In this document: positions 45,844 to 59,820 of the stretch, in pieces
How positions within the stretch are numbered: the stretch's first letter is position 1
Layout: every line of letters begins with the position of its first letter
Origin: Dipteris shenzhenensis
Lineage: Eukaryota
Reading direction: 5' to 3' (one strand)
Length of the DNA stretch: 64,000 nt
NCBI GenBank assembly: GCA_047967505.1
Contig: CM106538.1
Notes under the pieces: model-generated
Told to the model about the DNA's origin: nothing
Databases searched by the model: none
The model's input: the letters and a program-made list of their open reading frames with translations, nothing else
Program-made: the position numbers and the translations under genes

Positions 45844-48378
45844 ATGATGTTTCCTCCTTGCCCAGTTAGGCTCCTGTGGCTTTTATTTTTGGCTCTGCTG
45901 CATCATGTCTGCTCCGGTCAAACTGCTTTACAATCTCGCGTGAAGCTTAATTTCAGTTACACCATGGCGCCATCGGATTATGCACAGGATGCTTTGGAGA
46001 ACCTTCTACAATCTCCGAACGGTACGTTTCAGCTTCAGTTTGGGACGCTGCCCGGCCAATCCAATCCGCATAGCGTGGGGATTGTACATACTCGATCCGC
46101 TACTCTTGTGTGGTACACTTACCGGGTCAGTACTAATCCCGGCCAGTACGATAACTTGGGCGGTAGTTATACTTCGCTATCTCTGAGGCAGGATGGAAAT
46201 CTTGTGATTACGGTGGAAGGCAAGGGTGTAGATGTTTTGGTTTGGAACAGCGGCACTACAGATCAAGGCGTGCAAGCCATGGAACTGCGGGAGGAAGGGA
46301 ACTTAGTTTTGTTGAACGCCTCCGGGGGAATTGTCTGGCAGTCTTTCGATCATCCCACCGACACTCTGCTTCCTAATCAGCGGCTTCTTCCTGGGATGAC
46401 TCTAGTGGTGTCTGCCCGCAATCGATACCCATCCGTCGGAACAAACATTCTGAGACTGGAGCAGCACCGACTGGTTGCCTATGCGGACTATGTGGAGCAG
46501 GAGCCGTATTGGCAGCTTCACTTTCCTGACAATCGTCAAGTTGCATATGCTGCCATTGTGAACGGAAGCATCTCTCTTTTCGACAATAATGCAAACATAG
46601 TAAGTCACGCAGGCAACACTAGCAATAGTCCCGCCCCAAGTGCGCTGCAGCGTTTCATCATCGCTGATGACGGTAACATGCGGCTCTTCGAGTACATCAA
46701 TGCGAGCAACTCGTGGGCTCAGCAGTTACAGGTCATCCAGGAAGCATGCGCTCTACCAGACGACTGTGGATTCTACGGCCTCTGTGTTCCCGGCCAGGCT
46801 TGCGCCTGTCCTCCCACCTTCAATCTTCTGGTCACACTGAACGGCTGCGTCCCTCCCCGTGGCCTGGTTTGCAACAGTCCTCACGGTAATGACTTTGTCA
46901 AAGTTCCCTACGCTTCTTACTTTGCTCTGCCTCTATCATCGCCCCCAAATCTCAGTTTTAAGCAGTGCCAAAGTCTCTGCACGAGCAATTGTTCCTGCCT
47001 GGGCTTCTTCTATGCTGCGAATGGATCGTGTCTGGTTACACATCAGATGCGCACCTTCAGTGCGTCTGTGTATGGGAACTACACCCAACAGTATGCTTAC
47101 GATCTGTATGTAAAAGTACAGGGAAAGCCGCGGTCTCCGCTAGCGATAATCCTGGGGGTATGCATACCCGTAGTGGTGATTGTTTTCTGTTTACTACTAT
47201 GGCGGTTTGTGAGGTACAACGTGAAGGTAGCGCACGTGGAGGAGGAAGAATTCTTGCTGGGGGCATTACCGGGGCTACCACCGAGGTATTCATACAGGGA
47301 GCTGAAGGCGGCGACGAGGGGGTTCAGCGAGAGGATAGGGGGGGGATCGTTCGGGTCGGTGTACGGGGGGGAGCTGGGGGATGGGACGAGGGTGGCGGTG
47401 AAGCAATTGGAGGGGGCGATGCAGGGGAAGAAGGAGTTCCATGCCGAAGTAGCGACGATAGGGACGGTGAGGCATTTGAATCTGGTGAGGCTGAGGGGGT
47501 TCTGTTTGGAGGGGAAGCACAGGCTGCTGGTGTATGAGCACATGGACAGAGGATCACTGGACGGATTGTTGTTCAAGGAAGGCGGAGGAAGTGACGGACT
47601 TTCATGGACGGAGAGGGTGGCCGTGGCCGTCGGAGTTGCGAGAGGATTGACGTACTTGCACGAAGGTAGCCCCGATTGTATCATCCATTGCGACGTGAAG
47701 CCCGAAAACATCTTGGTCGATGCTGACGGAAATGCCAAACTGTCGGACTTCGGGCTGGCGAAGCTCATGAGCCGCCGGCAGCAGACTTCGTTCGAGACCA
47801 ACGTACGCGGCACCCGCGGATACCTCGCGCCGGAATGGCTCACCGGACGGCACCCGATCACCGAAAGGGCCGACGTATACAGCTACGGCGTGGTTCTCTT
47901 GGAAATATTATCAGGACGACGGAACTACGACGGTTCCGTCGAGTCCAGCCGGAGTTATCTGCCGGAATGGGCGCTGCGCAGCGCCGGAGATGGCTCCCGG
48001 GTGCCGGAAATTCTCGATACGACGCTCGTTCTCGACGCCAACGACGACCTCCTCGCCGACGCTCAGCGTCTCCTGCTCGTCGCCCTCTGGTGCCTGCAAG
48101 AGGACCCCGCCTCTCGCCCCGCCATGAGCCGTGTCGTCCGCATGCTCGAAGGCGACCTCGCTATCTCCGTCCCGCCTCCTCCTCCCTCCCCGCCCTTCGA
48201 CGACGACTCCTTCGCCGGCTCTTCGCCCTTCCAGATCGATGCTTCTCGGCCAGCCGGTGCTCGCCTCACCACCAGCGAAGTCACCCTCCCCTTCCTCCGC
48301 CGTGCCTCCCGCTTCTTCTCCTCCTCCTCTTCCTCGTCCAAATCTGCCGTCCCCTATCATGCCTCCACTGCATTCTGA
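45844..48378 (+). CDS. G-type lectin S-domain receptor-like Ser/Thr kinase (SD-2-like, non-RD), intronless
   Basis: Signal peptide; B-lectin (LRQDGNLV, GNLVL..WQSFDHPTDTLLP); EGF-like CALPDDCGFYGLC; PAN CQSLCTSNCSC; TM helix; kinase GGGSFGSVY, VAVK, HCDVKPEN, DFG, GTRGYLAPEW. Confidence 0.96.
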   Translation: MMFPPCPVRLLWLLFLALLHHVCSGQTALQSRVKLNFSYTMAPSDYAQDALENLLQSPNGTFQLQFGTLPGQSNPHSVGIVHTRSATLVWYTYRVSTNPGQYDNLGGSYTSLSLRQDGNLVITVEGKGVDVLVWNSGTTDQGVQAMELREEGNLVLLNASGGIVWQSFDHPTDTLLPNQRLLPGMTLVVSARNRYPSVGTNILRLEQHRLVAYADYVEQEPYWQLHFPDNRQVAYAAIVNGSISLFDNNANIVSHAGNTSNSPAPSALQRFIIADDGNMRLFEYINASNSWAQQLQVIQEACALPDDCGFYGLCVPGQACACPPTFNLLVTLNGCVPPRGLVCNSPHGNDFVKVPYASYFALPLSSPPNLSFKQCQSLCTSNCSCLGFFYAANGSCLVTHQMRTFSASVYGNYTQQYAYDLYVKVQGKPRSPLAIILGVCIPVVVIVFCLLLWRFVRYNVKVAHVEEEEFLLGALPGLPPRYSYRELKAATRGFSERIGGGSFGSVYGGELGDGTRVAVKQLEGAMQGKKEFHAEVATIGTVRHLNLVRLRGFCLEGKHRLLVYEHMDRGSLDGLLFKEGGGSDGLSWTERVAVAVGVARGLTYLHEGSPDCIIHCDVKPENILVDADGNAKLSDFGLAKLMSRRQQTSFETNVRGTRGYLAPEWLTGRHPITERADVYSYGVVLLEILSGRRNYDGSVESSRSYLPEWALRSAGDGSRVPEILDTTLVLDANDDLLADAQRLLLVALWCLQEDPASRPAMSRVVRMLEGDLAISVPPPPPSPPFDDDSFAGSSPFQIDASRPAGARLTTSEVTLPFLRRASRFFSSSSSSSKSAVPYHASTAF

Positions 48379-48792
48379 TCTTCTGCTCCTGCTCCTCGTC
48401 CTCTTTCAAGTCTGCCGTCCCCTATCATGCCTCCATTAGATTCTGATCTTCTCCTCCACCTCTTTTACCGAATCTGCCGCCCCCTATGCCTCCTCGGGAT
48501 TCTGGCCCCAACGTTGACAGCCTGTTATTAAGGGCTCTGTGATGGTGAGAACAAGCTCTGAATGGTCTACAAGACCGCTTTTTTAACATGTAAGGAGTCT
48601 TCTTAAGTTGTAGCCTTCAGTATAGAGTGTATACTATATTAATTTTTTTCCAGAGAAAAGATAATATATATTTATTTATTTTTAAAAAGTACAAAAACAG
48701 TGGGTACATGGCGTATTCAATATTGATTCTCGCTTGTTTCATAACAACATAAAAACAAGATGAATTTCATTGAGAGAGAGAGGGGGGGGGGG

Positions 48793-48831
<39 letters not shown>

Positions 48832-49739
48832 AGAGGGGAGAGAGAAGAAGAAAGAGAGAGAGAGAGGGGGGGGGGGCAAGGCCAAAGAGGACAAAGTGGA
48901 CAAAGTCACTAAATGCATGCATTAAAGCCTCTTACAAGGAGCATACTTGGACCAATCATCTTAAAATAAAAAGAAATGTTTAAAAAATACCTATTTTACC
49001 TTAGGGAAGCTCCAACCTTCCATAGGTAGGCCAACAACCAATATGGCAAACTTTAATGAAAGGCCGAGTAGTTGAGTTACTACCAAAGAAAGGCAACCAT
49101 TAACAACACCATCCTAGAAAGGAAGAGTAGTTGAGGTACCACCAAAGAAAGGCAACCATTAACAAAACCTTTCTAAAATGGCCAACTGCCCTCTTTAACC
49201 AAATGAAAAATAGATGAGGTAGTAGGTCAGGATTAGGGCAAAATGCTTCATACATGTTTAAGGTGTAATTCTCTTTTTTTAATCTTCTTTAAGGTGTAAT
49301 TCTCTTTTTTAATCTTCAAAAAAGTTCAGCTTGACCCAATACACTCAAATGAAAGGAACACTAGTTGCTAGTAGGTCAGGATTAGGGTACACAACACATA
49401 ACTCAAGTTAGGTTTTCAAATACCCTCAAAACGAAAAATAAAAACAAATTAGGCAAAAGATTTTCCTAACTTTCCATAGATGTAACCCACCATTTGAGCC
49501 TTTCCATGCCTTTGGCATTGCGTCTCTAATGCTCCTCATAATTATTAGGACCCTTAGCAAAACATGCTAGCTTTCCATAGATGTAGCCGACCATGTGGGC
49601 CTTTCCATGCTCTTAGCATTGTGTCTCTAATGCTCCACATCATTAGTAGACCTTAGTAGGGCCAATGTGCTCTCACATTAAAAATGTTATTGATTTCTTT
49701 TCTCCTTTTTCCTAGTCATGCTCATAAGTCGCATGACTA

Positions 49740-52700
49740 AATAACTACTTGGAACACAGCCTTGACCTTCTAATATTGTAGACTTTCAAGTCACTAAACC
49801 ACTTTGAAAACAACCTAGACTTTCGAGTTAAATAACTACTTGGAACACAGCCTTGACCTTCTAATATTGTAGACTTTCAAGTCACTAAACCACTTTGAAA
49901 ACAACCTAGACTTTCGAGTCACAGTTATCATTAAGGATGTAACTCTCCTCCACAAATAGAATTGACCTTATAGGTAACCTTCTCATTTAGCTCACGACTC
50001 AAAACTATCCTTTCTAGACAACACATGTAGATGCACTCTTCAAACATGTGCTTAGAATATTTATAATATCATAATCATAATCATAATCATAATCATAATG
50101 CCTGCTTCCCTAAGGTTCATTGGAAATAACCAATATGAGTCATGAAATTTAAAATGGAAACCTCTAACCCTTTAATAAGACCTAAAAACTATTCCATTTT
50201 TAAAAAAGAGTTGGACCCTTGTTTTTAAGCAACATGATTTATGCAAAAAATGATCTAAAAGAAATAACATTTTGAGGATTCATAAAATTCCAAATAAGAA
50301 TAAAACCCACATGTGTTTGTATATAAAAGTGAAGAATACATTCTACACTTTGCAAGTTGAAAACAAAATGTAGTCATTGGGCTTCAAAAATGCATCATTT
50401 CTTCCAAACTTTGTCTCTTTTGTCCTTTTTTTCCCCTTTTTTACCCACGCGCCCACTTGTGTTTCCATCGAGGGGCACATCTTCCTTGGACCTACACTCT
50501 TTGAGTAGGACAACCACATAGGTTGGCAGATGCCTGACCACTTGAGCTATGGCTGCACCCCACCCATCTTGTATTATTAATAAAGTGCACCCTTTTTTGT
50601 CAAAACAGAAAGAAAAATATTGTCAAGTCTTCTCCTTTCAAGGTCATTAATTTTCACATTACAGGGGGAAGGGGGGGGGTATTGCAATTCAGCTTTTAAT
50701 TTTGTATACGAGGGACATATTGTGTTCATAACAACATGAAAAAGACTTTTGTCCCTTTCCAAGGCTCCTCAAAGTCCTCTCATGTTACAATTGACTACTT
50801 GGAAAGCAACAATGAACCTCAACCTATCATGTTGTACATTTTCAATTCAAGCTTATCGTCAAGGATGTAACTCTCCTTCACCCAACGAAGTCAAGGTTAT
50901 CATCAAGGATGTAGCTCTGCTCCACCCAATAGAATATACTTTATAGGATGTAGCTCTCCTCCTCCTCTCCTCCACCCACTAGAGTAGAGTATCCTTCCTA
51001 TTTGGCCCACCACTTAAAACCATCCTTTTTAGACCACACATGAAGACACACTCTTTATACATGTGCTCTACAATTTTTTGCCTAACACATGGTGATGAAA
51101 ATGCTATTTTTGTTTCATCTACTATGCAATTTAAAATACTACATAGTATATTTATAATGATAATTATTATTATAAATGCCTAAGCTCCATTTGAAATACC
51201 CAATATGAGTCACGACATCTAAATGAAGACCTTAGTAGAAACATCAACTAACCCCTTAACAAGACCTAAAAACGATGCGAATTTATGAAAAGAGTTGGAC
51301 ATTAGCTTTTAAGCAATGTGTTTCACAAGCAAACAAGCTTTCCAAAATAATTTTGATGAAAATACATTTTGATAATTTATGAAATTCCAAGAAAGAAAAA
51401 AATCCACATATTTTCATTTATGAAGGTTTCCACACTTGCAAAATCAAAAGAAATGTAGTCCTTGGGCTTGAAAAATGCATCGGCTCTTCCAAATTCTTCT
51501 CAGAATTCTTGAACATTTGACCTATTAATCGTGGGGCTGTCTAATATAAAAGAGTCCAAATTCAACTTATCAATAGCTCCCTTATCTATATGCATATGCA
51601 TGTATATGGAGCATGTATGCAAGAAAGGTTTATTTTACCTTGTTATATTGTCAAGCTAAAAATATAACATTCTTTTGCCCAAGATGTGATAATGTCATGA
51701 ATTACAATGAGAGGTGAATTTTGATCATTGTAAAATATGGGCTTCAAATTTAAAAGTTCATATACTCTCAGTCTTCTCCAAGTTTCTTATGATATGGAAA
51801 GCATCCCACATGATACACTTGCACAAACATCTCCTTCTCCAACTCTTTGGTACTCACATAATAAGACAAATATTTATCTAAAAATTTAAGCATTTCCTTC
51901 TTTCATCATGCTCTTCAATGATGTCTATTTTGGCACTTATTGCATCTAACGGTGCTTAAGAGGGTGTCTAATTTGAGTTGCAAAACAATATGCATACAGA
52001 AATTCAATAAAATTTTAAGAAGATTTCAAAGAAGCACAACAATGAAAAGCATCTTAGTTGTGCATGTACTACATAAACTAGTGCTACAAAATGCCAATCA
52101 AGCTCAAACAAATTACAATACAACCTCTAATTTTGCATAACATCTTCACATCCAACAATGCAAGTTTCAACTCTAAATTAACCTAACCCATTTAAATTGA
52201 ACTAGCATGAATCGACTAAATAAACCATAGATATATCTTAATCCACAAGCCAATAGAGTGAACACCTAACTAAAGCACACAAAATTAACTACTCCTCCTC
52301 CCCCTCCCCTCCCCACATGCACGAAACTAACTACTCCTCCTCCCCCCTCCCCTCCCCACACACGCATGTGCACGTGCACGCGCACACCCACACACACATG
52401 TGCATGTGCACGCGTGCGGGCACAACCTTGGATCTTGAATTGCCGGAAAGATTCAGCATTTAAACTTTGTATTACAAATTTGGTTAAGATCGACTAGTTT
52501 GTTATCCCACATCTGAGCTTTTGCATGAAATAATCCTCTGGTTGAATACTATTTCATTCGATTCTCTGGATGTAAAGGTCTGACTTCTATTTTATCCATT
52601 TTAGGTGCTTTTATTCACTTAATCCTAATGATGGATTAACTATATGGTTCTATTTTGATGGGACTATTAAATTTGAAAACACACACACACACACACACAC

Positions 52701-53510
52701 ACATGCACATGCACTATGATAAGGGAGCTACTTTCACTTTATTGACAACTCCCTTATCTACAAGCATATGCATGGCATGTATGGAAGAATTTTCATTTTT
52801 TCTTATTGTACTGTCAAGAATATTCTTTTGCCCATTAGATGTGATAATTTCATGAGTCACTTTGAGAGATAAATTTTGATAATTGTGAACATTGGGATTT
52901 AAGTTTAAAAATGCATTTACTTGGATTTTTCTGTAAGATTTTTTATAATACAGATAGCATGCCATGCAATACATTTGCACAAACATTTGCTTTGGTACTT
53001 GCATAACATGTGGTCCATTTTCCTCTTTCTATCCATGCCATCCATATAGATCCTCAAATATTTATCAGGATACTTTATGGAATTTCCTTTTATCATCTAT
53101 GCTTTCCCATGATGTGCATTTTTTGCAATTATTTCTTCTTATGGTACTTAAGAAGATGGCTTATTTAAGCTACAATACAATATGCACACGAAATTTTTAA
53201 ATGCTTCTAAAGAACAAAAAATAATAAAAAGCATGCTCGATTACCATTCTCGTCTTTTTGTCATATACCCTTGAGCTTTGCGCATGTACTACATATGCTA
53301 GTACTTCAAAGTACCAATTAAGCTCAAACAAATAGCAATGCAACTCTAATTTTGCAAAACATCTTCACACACAATGATGTAACTAGCACCTCTGAAATCA
53401 ACCAACCCAATTATAATGTAACTAAACTAACCAAACCATAGATATATCTAAATCCACCAACTAGTGGAATGAGCCTGGAATGAGACACCTCATGAAAACA
53501 CAGAAAACTA
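49740..53510. repeat. Cluster of diverged local duplications of an unclassified repeat
   Basis: ~91-bp tandem duplication at 49739/49830; 49920-50410 resembles 50795-51500; 51580-52290 resembles 52750-53510. Confidence 0.7.
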
Positions 53511-53516
53511 ACTACG

Positions 53517-56500
53517 TGTGGGAGAGGAGAGCACACACAAAGGGATAAATAGACACCAGAAGTGGTGGAGCAAAAGCTACTCTAGCTTATTACTCTATCA
53601 TATATATATGAGTATATATGGGCCCTGTACAAGTGGGCGAGCACACTGCCCTTTACCCCAACAACCTCCCACTTAAAGGCAGTGTGCCTTTAAGGGAGTT
53701 TAGTACACATATAATACAATCAGCCATAGGCTGAAAAACAAGATGACCAGACCGTCATCCAAGATCTCATGTCAGATCTCACTGGGAGAGTGAAATCTCA
53801 CCACCACGTGCTCTTGTGCTAAGTCCATAGCATCCGAACTCTCACTGTGCAAAGAAAATGTCTCTGTACCACCTGTGACCATAAGCACATGCCCTACAAT
53901 AGACCTCTGCTGGTCTACCCAACCTACATCACCTGCATGCTACTCCTGGAAGCATAAGGACCTAATGTCCACAACCGCTTCCCTATTGCCAAAATCTGCC
54001 ATAATCATGCTACCAACTCCCACTGCAATGGAAGCAAGAACCATAAGTGTAGCCCCAATGGCAAACATGTGAGAACCAAGTCTCAACACAGTCATGGATG
54101 CATGAAGTACTATGGCTGCCATATCAACCATAGCTTGCTGCTCAACTGATCCGTGATTGTCAAACCTGCTGTGTTTCAAGTATGGAGCCAATACAGGCAA
54201 TGGTGTACTCAGTAACTTCCCCCTCTCCATACTGAAACAACCAAGTATCAGAAGACAAACATCATCAATACCATGTAGCTCCCATTGCAAAGCATCCCTG
54301 TCCATAAAGGACCATATGGCAAGTAACCTCAGAAGGATAGCAACCTCTTGAATACTGAGACCATAACCTGTCTCACTGCGCATCACATCCTGAGCTCTCA
54401 TAACGGTATCAAACCTATGAAGCCAAGCTCGAGGGGACTGCTTCTAGCCATGGAGGCACTTATGAAGCAAACGTATCAATGATTCCTGCCCATACGCAAT
54501 ATGACCTGAGTCAATAACTGCAGAAACCACATCTGTCCTGGCATAACCAACCAATGGATCATACCGGGCATCATTAGCCAAGGTATCCTCCTCACCATGC
54601 ATAGCCTCATCCTCATCTGCAAGAGGCACTCTGCATCCTGGGAGCAAATTGTAACTGTCCATAGAAGATGCATCAACAATCTCCATAGGAGTATAAACCT
54701 ATGGAATACTCGAGACATCTAACCATCTCTAACCAAAATCAGGAAGTAATCATGGCTGTCCCAACTTTATAACTTGCTCACCGTGGGAAAAACCTCCCAC
54801 TCCAAGGGATATGGGCTGCCCCTGCAAAGAATTCGAAGGTATCAGTGCACTTACACCCTCTTGGAACACCACTCTCCTGCTATCCACAGTCCTAGGCTAT
54901 CTAAACATAGCATCCTCTCTGAAATAGACATTATGGCTGTGTATTAGCTCTCTAGCTGAAGAATCCCATAATTTGTAGTCCCTACTAGACTCACTGTATC
55001 CAAGGAAGATACACCTCCTCGATCGGGAACCATGAGCATAAGACTCGCAGCCAAACACACGTAAATGCTCATAACATGCTGCCCTGCCTGTCAAGAAGTC
55101 AAATGGCACTCTCATCCAGAGATCTCCTGGGTGACCTGTTAAGCAAGTATGCAGCTGTCTTACATGCATAAGCCCAATAGCATTCGGTAAGACGCATATC
55201 ATAGCATGCTACCAATCCTGTCCAATAGAATCCAATTTATGCCTTCTGCCAAGGCATCATGAGCAGAAGATGAGGAGTGGTCAACACCCTCCTGATACCA
55301 AGTGTATCACATAGATGCTGAAATATAGGAGAGGTAAACTCTGCATCACCATCAGTCATCAACCTCAATAGCTTCTTTCCTGACTGATTTTCAGCATTAC
55401 CTAAGAAGCACTGAAATGTATCATATACATCATGCTTCTGACAAATTGGATATACCCATATGTACTTTGTAGCAGCATCAATAAATGTCACAAAGTAAGA
55501 GGCGCCACCCAGTGAAACGGTAGGCATAGGCCCACAAACTGCACTATGAACCAACTACAATGGCTCAACATACCTCTCACTAACTACCTTCCTCACAAAA
55601 TAGGATCTTGACTGCTGACCATCATGACAATCATGACATAAAATCTGACATCCAATCACCGAGAATGGGTACATCAGTGGCCAAGAAGGAGGTGTCAGAC
55701 ATAGACAAAAGAATGCCTTCATCACTGCTACTGTGAGTGGAAACCCTGGCATCCACGCCTTGAAGCTCAACATGCTTCTTCTCCTTCTTCTTGTCATTCT
55801 TAGCCTTGCTCTTCTTCTTGCATTTTCTTAGCCATTTCCAGCATTACTTTTTCATGTGGCCATACTTTCCACAATAGAAACGTCTAACACAAGTCCAAGA
55901 GCTAGACTTGCTCTTGGAATTCCCCCTTGAACATGACCTGTTTCTACCAATTGATCTACCTCTGAAGTGCATATCAAGGCTGTATTTCAGCCCATCAGGG
56001 CATTTCAACCCATCATGCTGTAACATAACACTATCATGGTCATACATCTGGCATATACGAGTATAGAACTCATATGCATGGCAATCTACACTATGTACAC
56101 CATCCTGTACCTGCAATTAGACTGACTTCGAGAGTGATGACTAAATGATAGAGCATGCTTGCTCATCCATGTCATCCCAATCACTCTATTAAATGCTATT
56201 AGGCTTGACACCTTTGCATTGAATGGGCTTATGCTACCTCTTTTGCACTAACCCTTTGCCAAAGAGTAGATCCTGGTAAAAAACTACTGCTTGCAATCAT
56301 GTATGAGCTCACAGTGAGCTCCCATTACCTCCATGACACACTTTGTAGCCTTCTATAAGAAGCTTCTTCACTCCAAAACTAGTAACGTGACTAGATTTTG
56401 CACTTTCATCAAGAGAAGAGCCCTTTCCCACAGTGTAGAAGCTCCCTTGAGCTTCTCCTTCTCTCTGATGAAGCTCCCTCTCTGCCGATGGCTATGGAAG

Positions 56501-56754
56501 CTTTGCACACCACAAGAAGCACATCGACTCGAAGCTCCTCGAAGCTCGAAGCGCCGCCTATGCCCACACACACCACAAGCCTGAAGCCATGGTGCTCTGA
56601 TACTAGTTGTGGGAGAGAAGAGCACACACAAAGGGATAAAGAGACACTAGAAGTGGTGGAGCAAAAGCTACTCTAGCTTATTCCTCTATCATATATATAT
56701 GAGTATATACGGGCCCTATACAAGTGGGCGGGCACACTGCCCTTCACCCCAACA
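53517..56754 (-). mobile_element. Short Copia-derived non-autonomous LTR element with 147-bp LTRs
   Basis: LTRs 53517-53663 and 56608-56754, CTACG TSD, mutated Met PBS at 56594-56605, PPT ~53664-53675. Remnants include VHSAVCGP..YFVTFID, HLRVFGC..RCIFLGY and a gag knuckle. Confidence 0.92.
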
Positions 56755-56893
56755 CTACGCTGCCCCCTATCAAAACAAAACACACACACACACGTGCGCA
56801 CACGCGTGTGTGCACACACAAATGCATTTGCACAAAAAGGAGAGGGGTTGCGATGGGCCATGATGCAACATAAAGGGAGAGGGGAGGGTGTTG

Positions 56894-56894
<1 letters not shown>

Positions 56895-56990
<96 letters not shown>
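56895..56990. repeat. Compound (TG)n(GA)n microsatellite
   Basis: Direct reading; similar (GA)n tracts lie at ~45297, ~48770 and 59660-59820. Confidence 0.95.
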
Positions 56991-57899
56991 GGGGTGACGT
57001 GGGACTCGGGATCGGAAGCCCTCGTGATATCTAATGGGCTGGGTCATTGTTTGCTTGGGTGTAGCCATTTTTGGTGAGGTTCAGGGAGTTTTCTGTATAT
57101 AGGTATATTGCGTGACCCATAACTTATGCATTGCTCAACAAAATTTGGCAAACTTTATCTTCATGTTGTAGTACACATTCCAACTTGAACATAAGACCAA
57201 AAAATTATGGAATAAGGATATGGAATGAGACCGTTAAAGCATTACAAATGCTATGTTGCATGTGAAGCATGCATCCTGAAGACTATAGGATATAGCAATT
57301 TATTCAAAAACATCAAAATTTTGTTTTATACATACATGCAACCAAGTAATCATTCAAAAGTACACTACGTGAGCTTCTCCTCAACCCAAGGATACACCTA
57401 AATAAGAACATTAGACATGGATTAACAGGCCTCCAATGTTGTGCTCCAATGATGCACACCCATTTGAGGGTGCACTCCATACCTTTTTTTTATTTTTTGA
57501 AAACCAAAACGGATTGAAAATATGGAATCCAAACTAGTGGGACTACTACATGGTGGTCTTAAAACATTGATACTTGTTGGTATTGGTATCTAGATTCACC
57601 CTAAAATGGAAGAAGTTGAAAAAGTGCAATTTGTGCATGTGCAAAGATCTTTTAATAAATCCAACATATTTATGATTTTGAATTGTTTCTTTTTCCATGC
57701 ACTTGCTTGCTATATGGCTCATAACCATGCCAAAAGTCATTGCATTTCATAATACATAGCATCAAACCCGATAGCATGCCCTTTGGTGGCCTATTTGTGT
57801 TTTGAAGAATTTGAGGCCACATTGCACTCGTTTGGGATATCCAATTCTGCTGATGTGTATAGCTGGAGGAGGGAAAACCAATGGCTGAAAATTTTGCTA

Positions 57900-58575
57900 C
57901 TGCATGAGTGACCATCTAATTTACAGGCTCAGATTAGCATTGAGCTAGAATCAAACTGTAATAACAATGAATTTGCATGGGGGACCATCTAGTGCACAAG
58001 CTTAGATTAGCATTCAGTCGATTCATCAGGCTATAACAATAGTTCTCGTTCTTATGAATGAGAACTATTGTTATTACAGTCTGATGAACCGATTCAATGC
58101 TAATCTGATGTCCTATTTTGATATTACCTTTCTTTAATTGACTATAATAACAATGACTTTGCATGAAGGGCCATCTAGTTCACAGGCTCAGATTAGCATT
58201 GAGTCGGAATCAGACTATAATAACAATGACTTTTCATGAGGGACCATCTAATGCGCATGCTCAGATTAGCATTAAGCTGGAGATAGACTGTAAGAACATA
58301 TCAGACTGTTAGACTTTTCCGATCATCGAGAAATTCTCCCATGGCAACCATCTAGTCACATGTCATGGCTAGACGATGATGTATATGACCGCCTATCCTA
58401 AGCTAGGCTACCAGTAAGCTGGGTGTATGTGCCACTACTCCTCCCCCCTCATCCCATTGAATTATTATGATCTTAGCTCCGATGACTGATAAATTCTCCC
58501 ATGGAAACCATCTAATCGCACGTCATGTCTAGACGATGATGTGTATGACTGCCTATGCAAGACTTGGCTACCAGC
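57900..58575. repeat. Degenerate tandem repeats of two types
   Basis: CCATCTA..CAGGCTCAGATTAGCATT occurs four times (57912-58275); AAATTCTCCCATGG..CTAGACGATGATG occurs twice (58331, 58491). Confidence 0.75.
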
Positions 58576-59658
58576 AAAATCCAACAAGTGGATTGTGTGC
58601 TCTTAGCAAAGATAGGCACCCAGAGTCGCACAAACTAACATAAATGCAGCCATTAATTCATAAGGTGCTCATAATCTACATAATCAAAATAAGTATTAAA
58701 AAAATCTGCATGCCGCACATTTTTTTATTAGCGAAATGATTAAATAGAAGCACTTGATTTGGATAATTGACCACTTGATTTTAAATAACCAAATTTCATG
58801 ATACTAGACACATAAAACAATGGACAACACATGTCTGTCAAATAAAATGGATACAATCACTATGATAACCCAACTAGTAGAGTACAAAATTGATCTAAGA
58901 ACTAAGAAGAATTAATTGTATGCAAGAAGTTATGGGCTAGTGCTCGTGGAGCATGGGAAATTTTCATTTATTATACGGAGAGAGCTATAGATAATGTGAT
59001 ATTTTGCATAGATGTACATTGTTTAGCTTTTAGTGATTAAGTTGCTTTTAGCTTGCTAACTTGTAGCATTGGTGTGCCCCAACATAGAAATTCATGCACT
59101 TGTAACTTATATCACCCCAAAAACTAACAATAGGAATGTAATTGAAGTCTTTAATAAAGACAATGTTTCATAGATAGGAACACAATGTTCGATGGATGGT
59201 AGCTATGAGTGAACATTAGGTCGTACTTAAGAGATCATCTTCCTTTGCAAGGCAATCAAGATAGATACAAATCTCTTTTTGAAGGCAAGAGATAATTCTA
59301 CAAATAGGTAAAGAACATGCTTGTCATAAAGGGAAGGGGGTGGGGGGGCATGGTGGGGGTTCTTCCATGAAAGTAGAACTTGTAATTATCGATATGGATG
59401 TGAAAAGATTGTGCCACCTTTGTATAATAGATGGTCCTAAGGATGTAAATAATGGATGGGTGGTTCTCTATTATAGAATATAATGGCATGGCATATATGC
59501 TTTTAAAGTAAGTTTTCCCTTGAGGGCACCCATAGGCATGTCTCTCTTTAGATCATGCATCTTGTTTTGGAGCTTATGTGGATGAATCAACAAGTATGAG
59601 AGAGTAAAGATCATGCACTTGCATGGACTAATTTTGGAGCTTGTGTGAATGAATCATG

Positions 59659-59703
<45 letters not shown>

Positions 59704-59766
59704 AACCGCCACACCAACATGCCATGTCATCTACCATGTGTCTTGCCAACTCAGCACTACCATGTG

Positions 59767-59820
<54 letters not shown>

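Noticed and set aside
46965-48446. Overlapping and antisense ORFs in the kinase gene
   Set aside because: Shadow frames of a GC-rich CDS.
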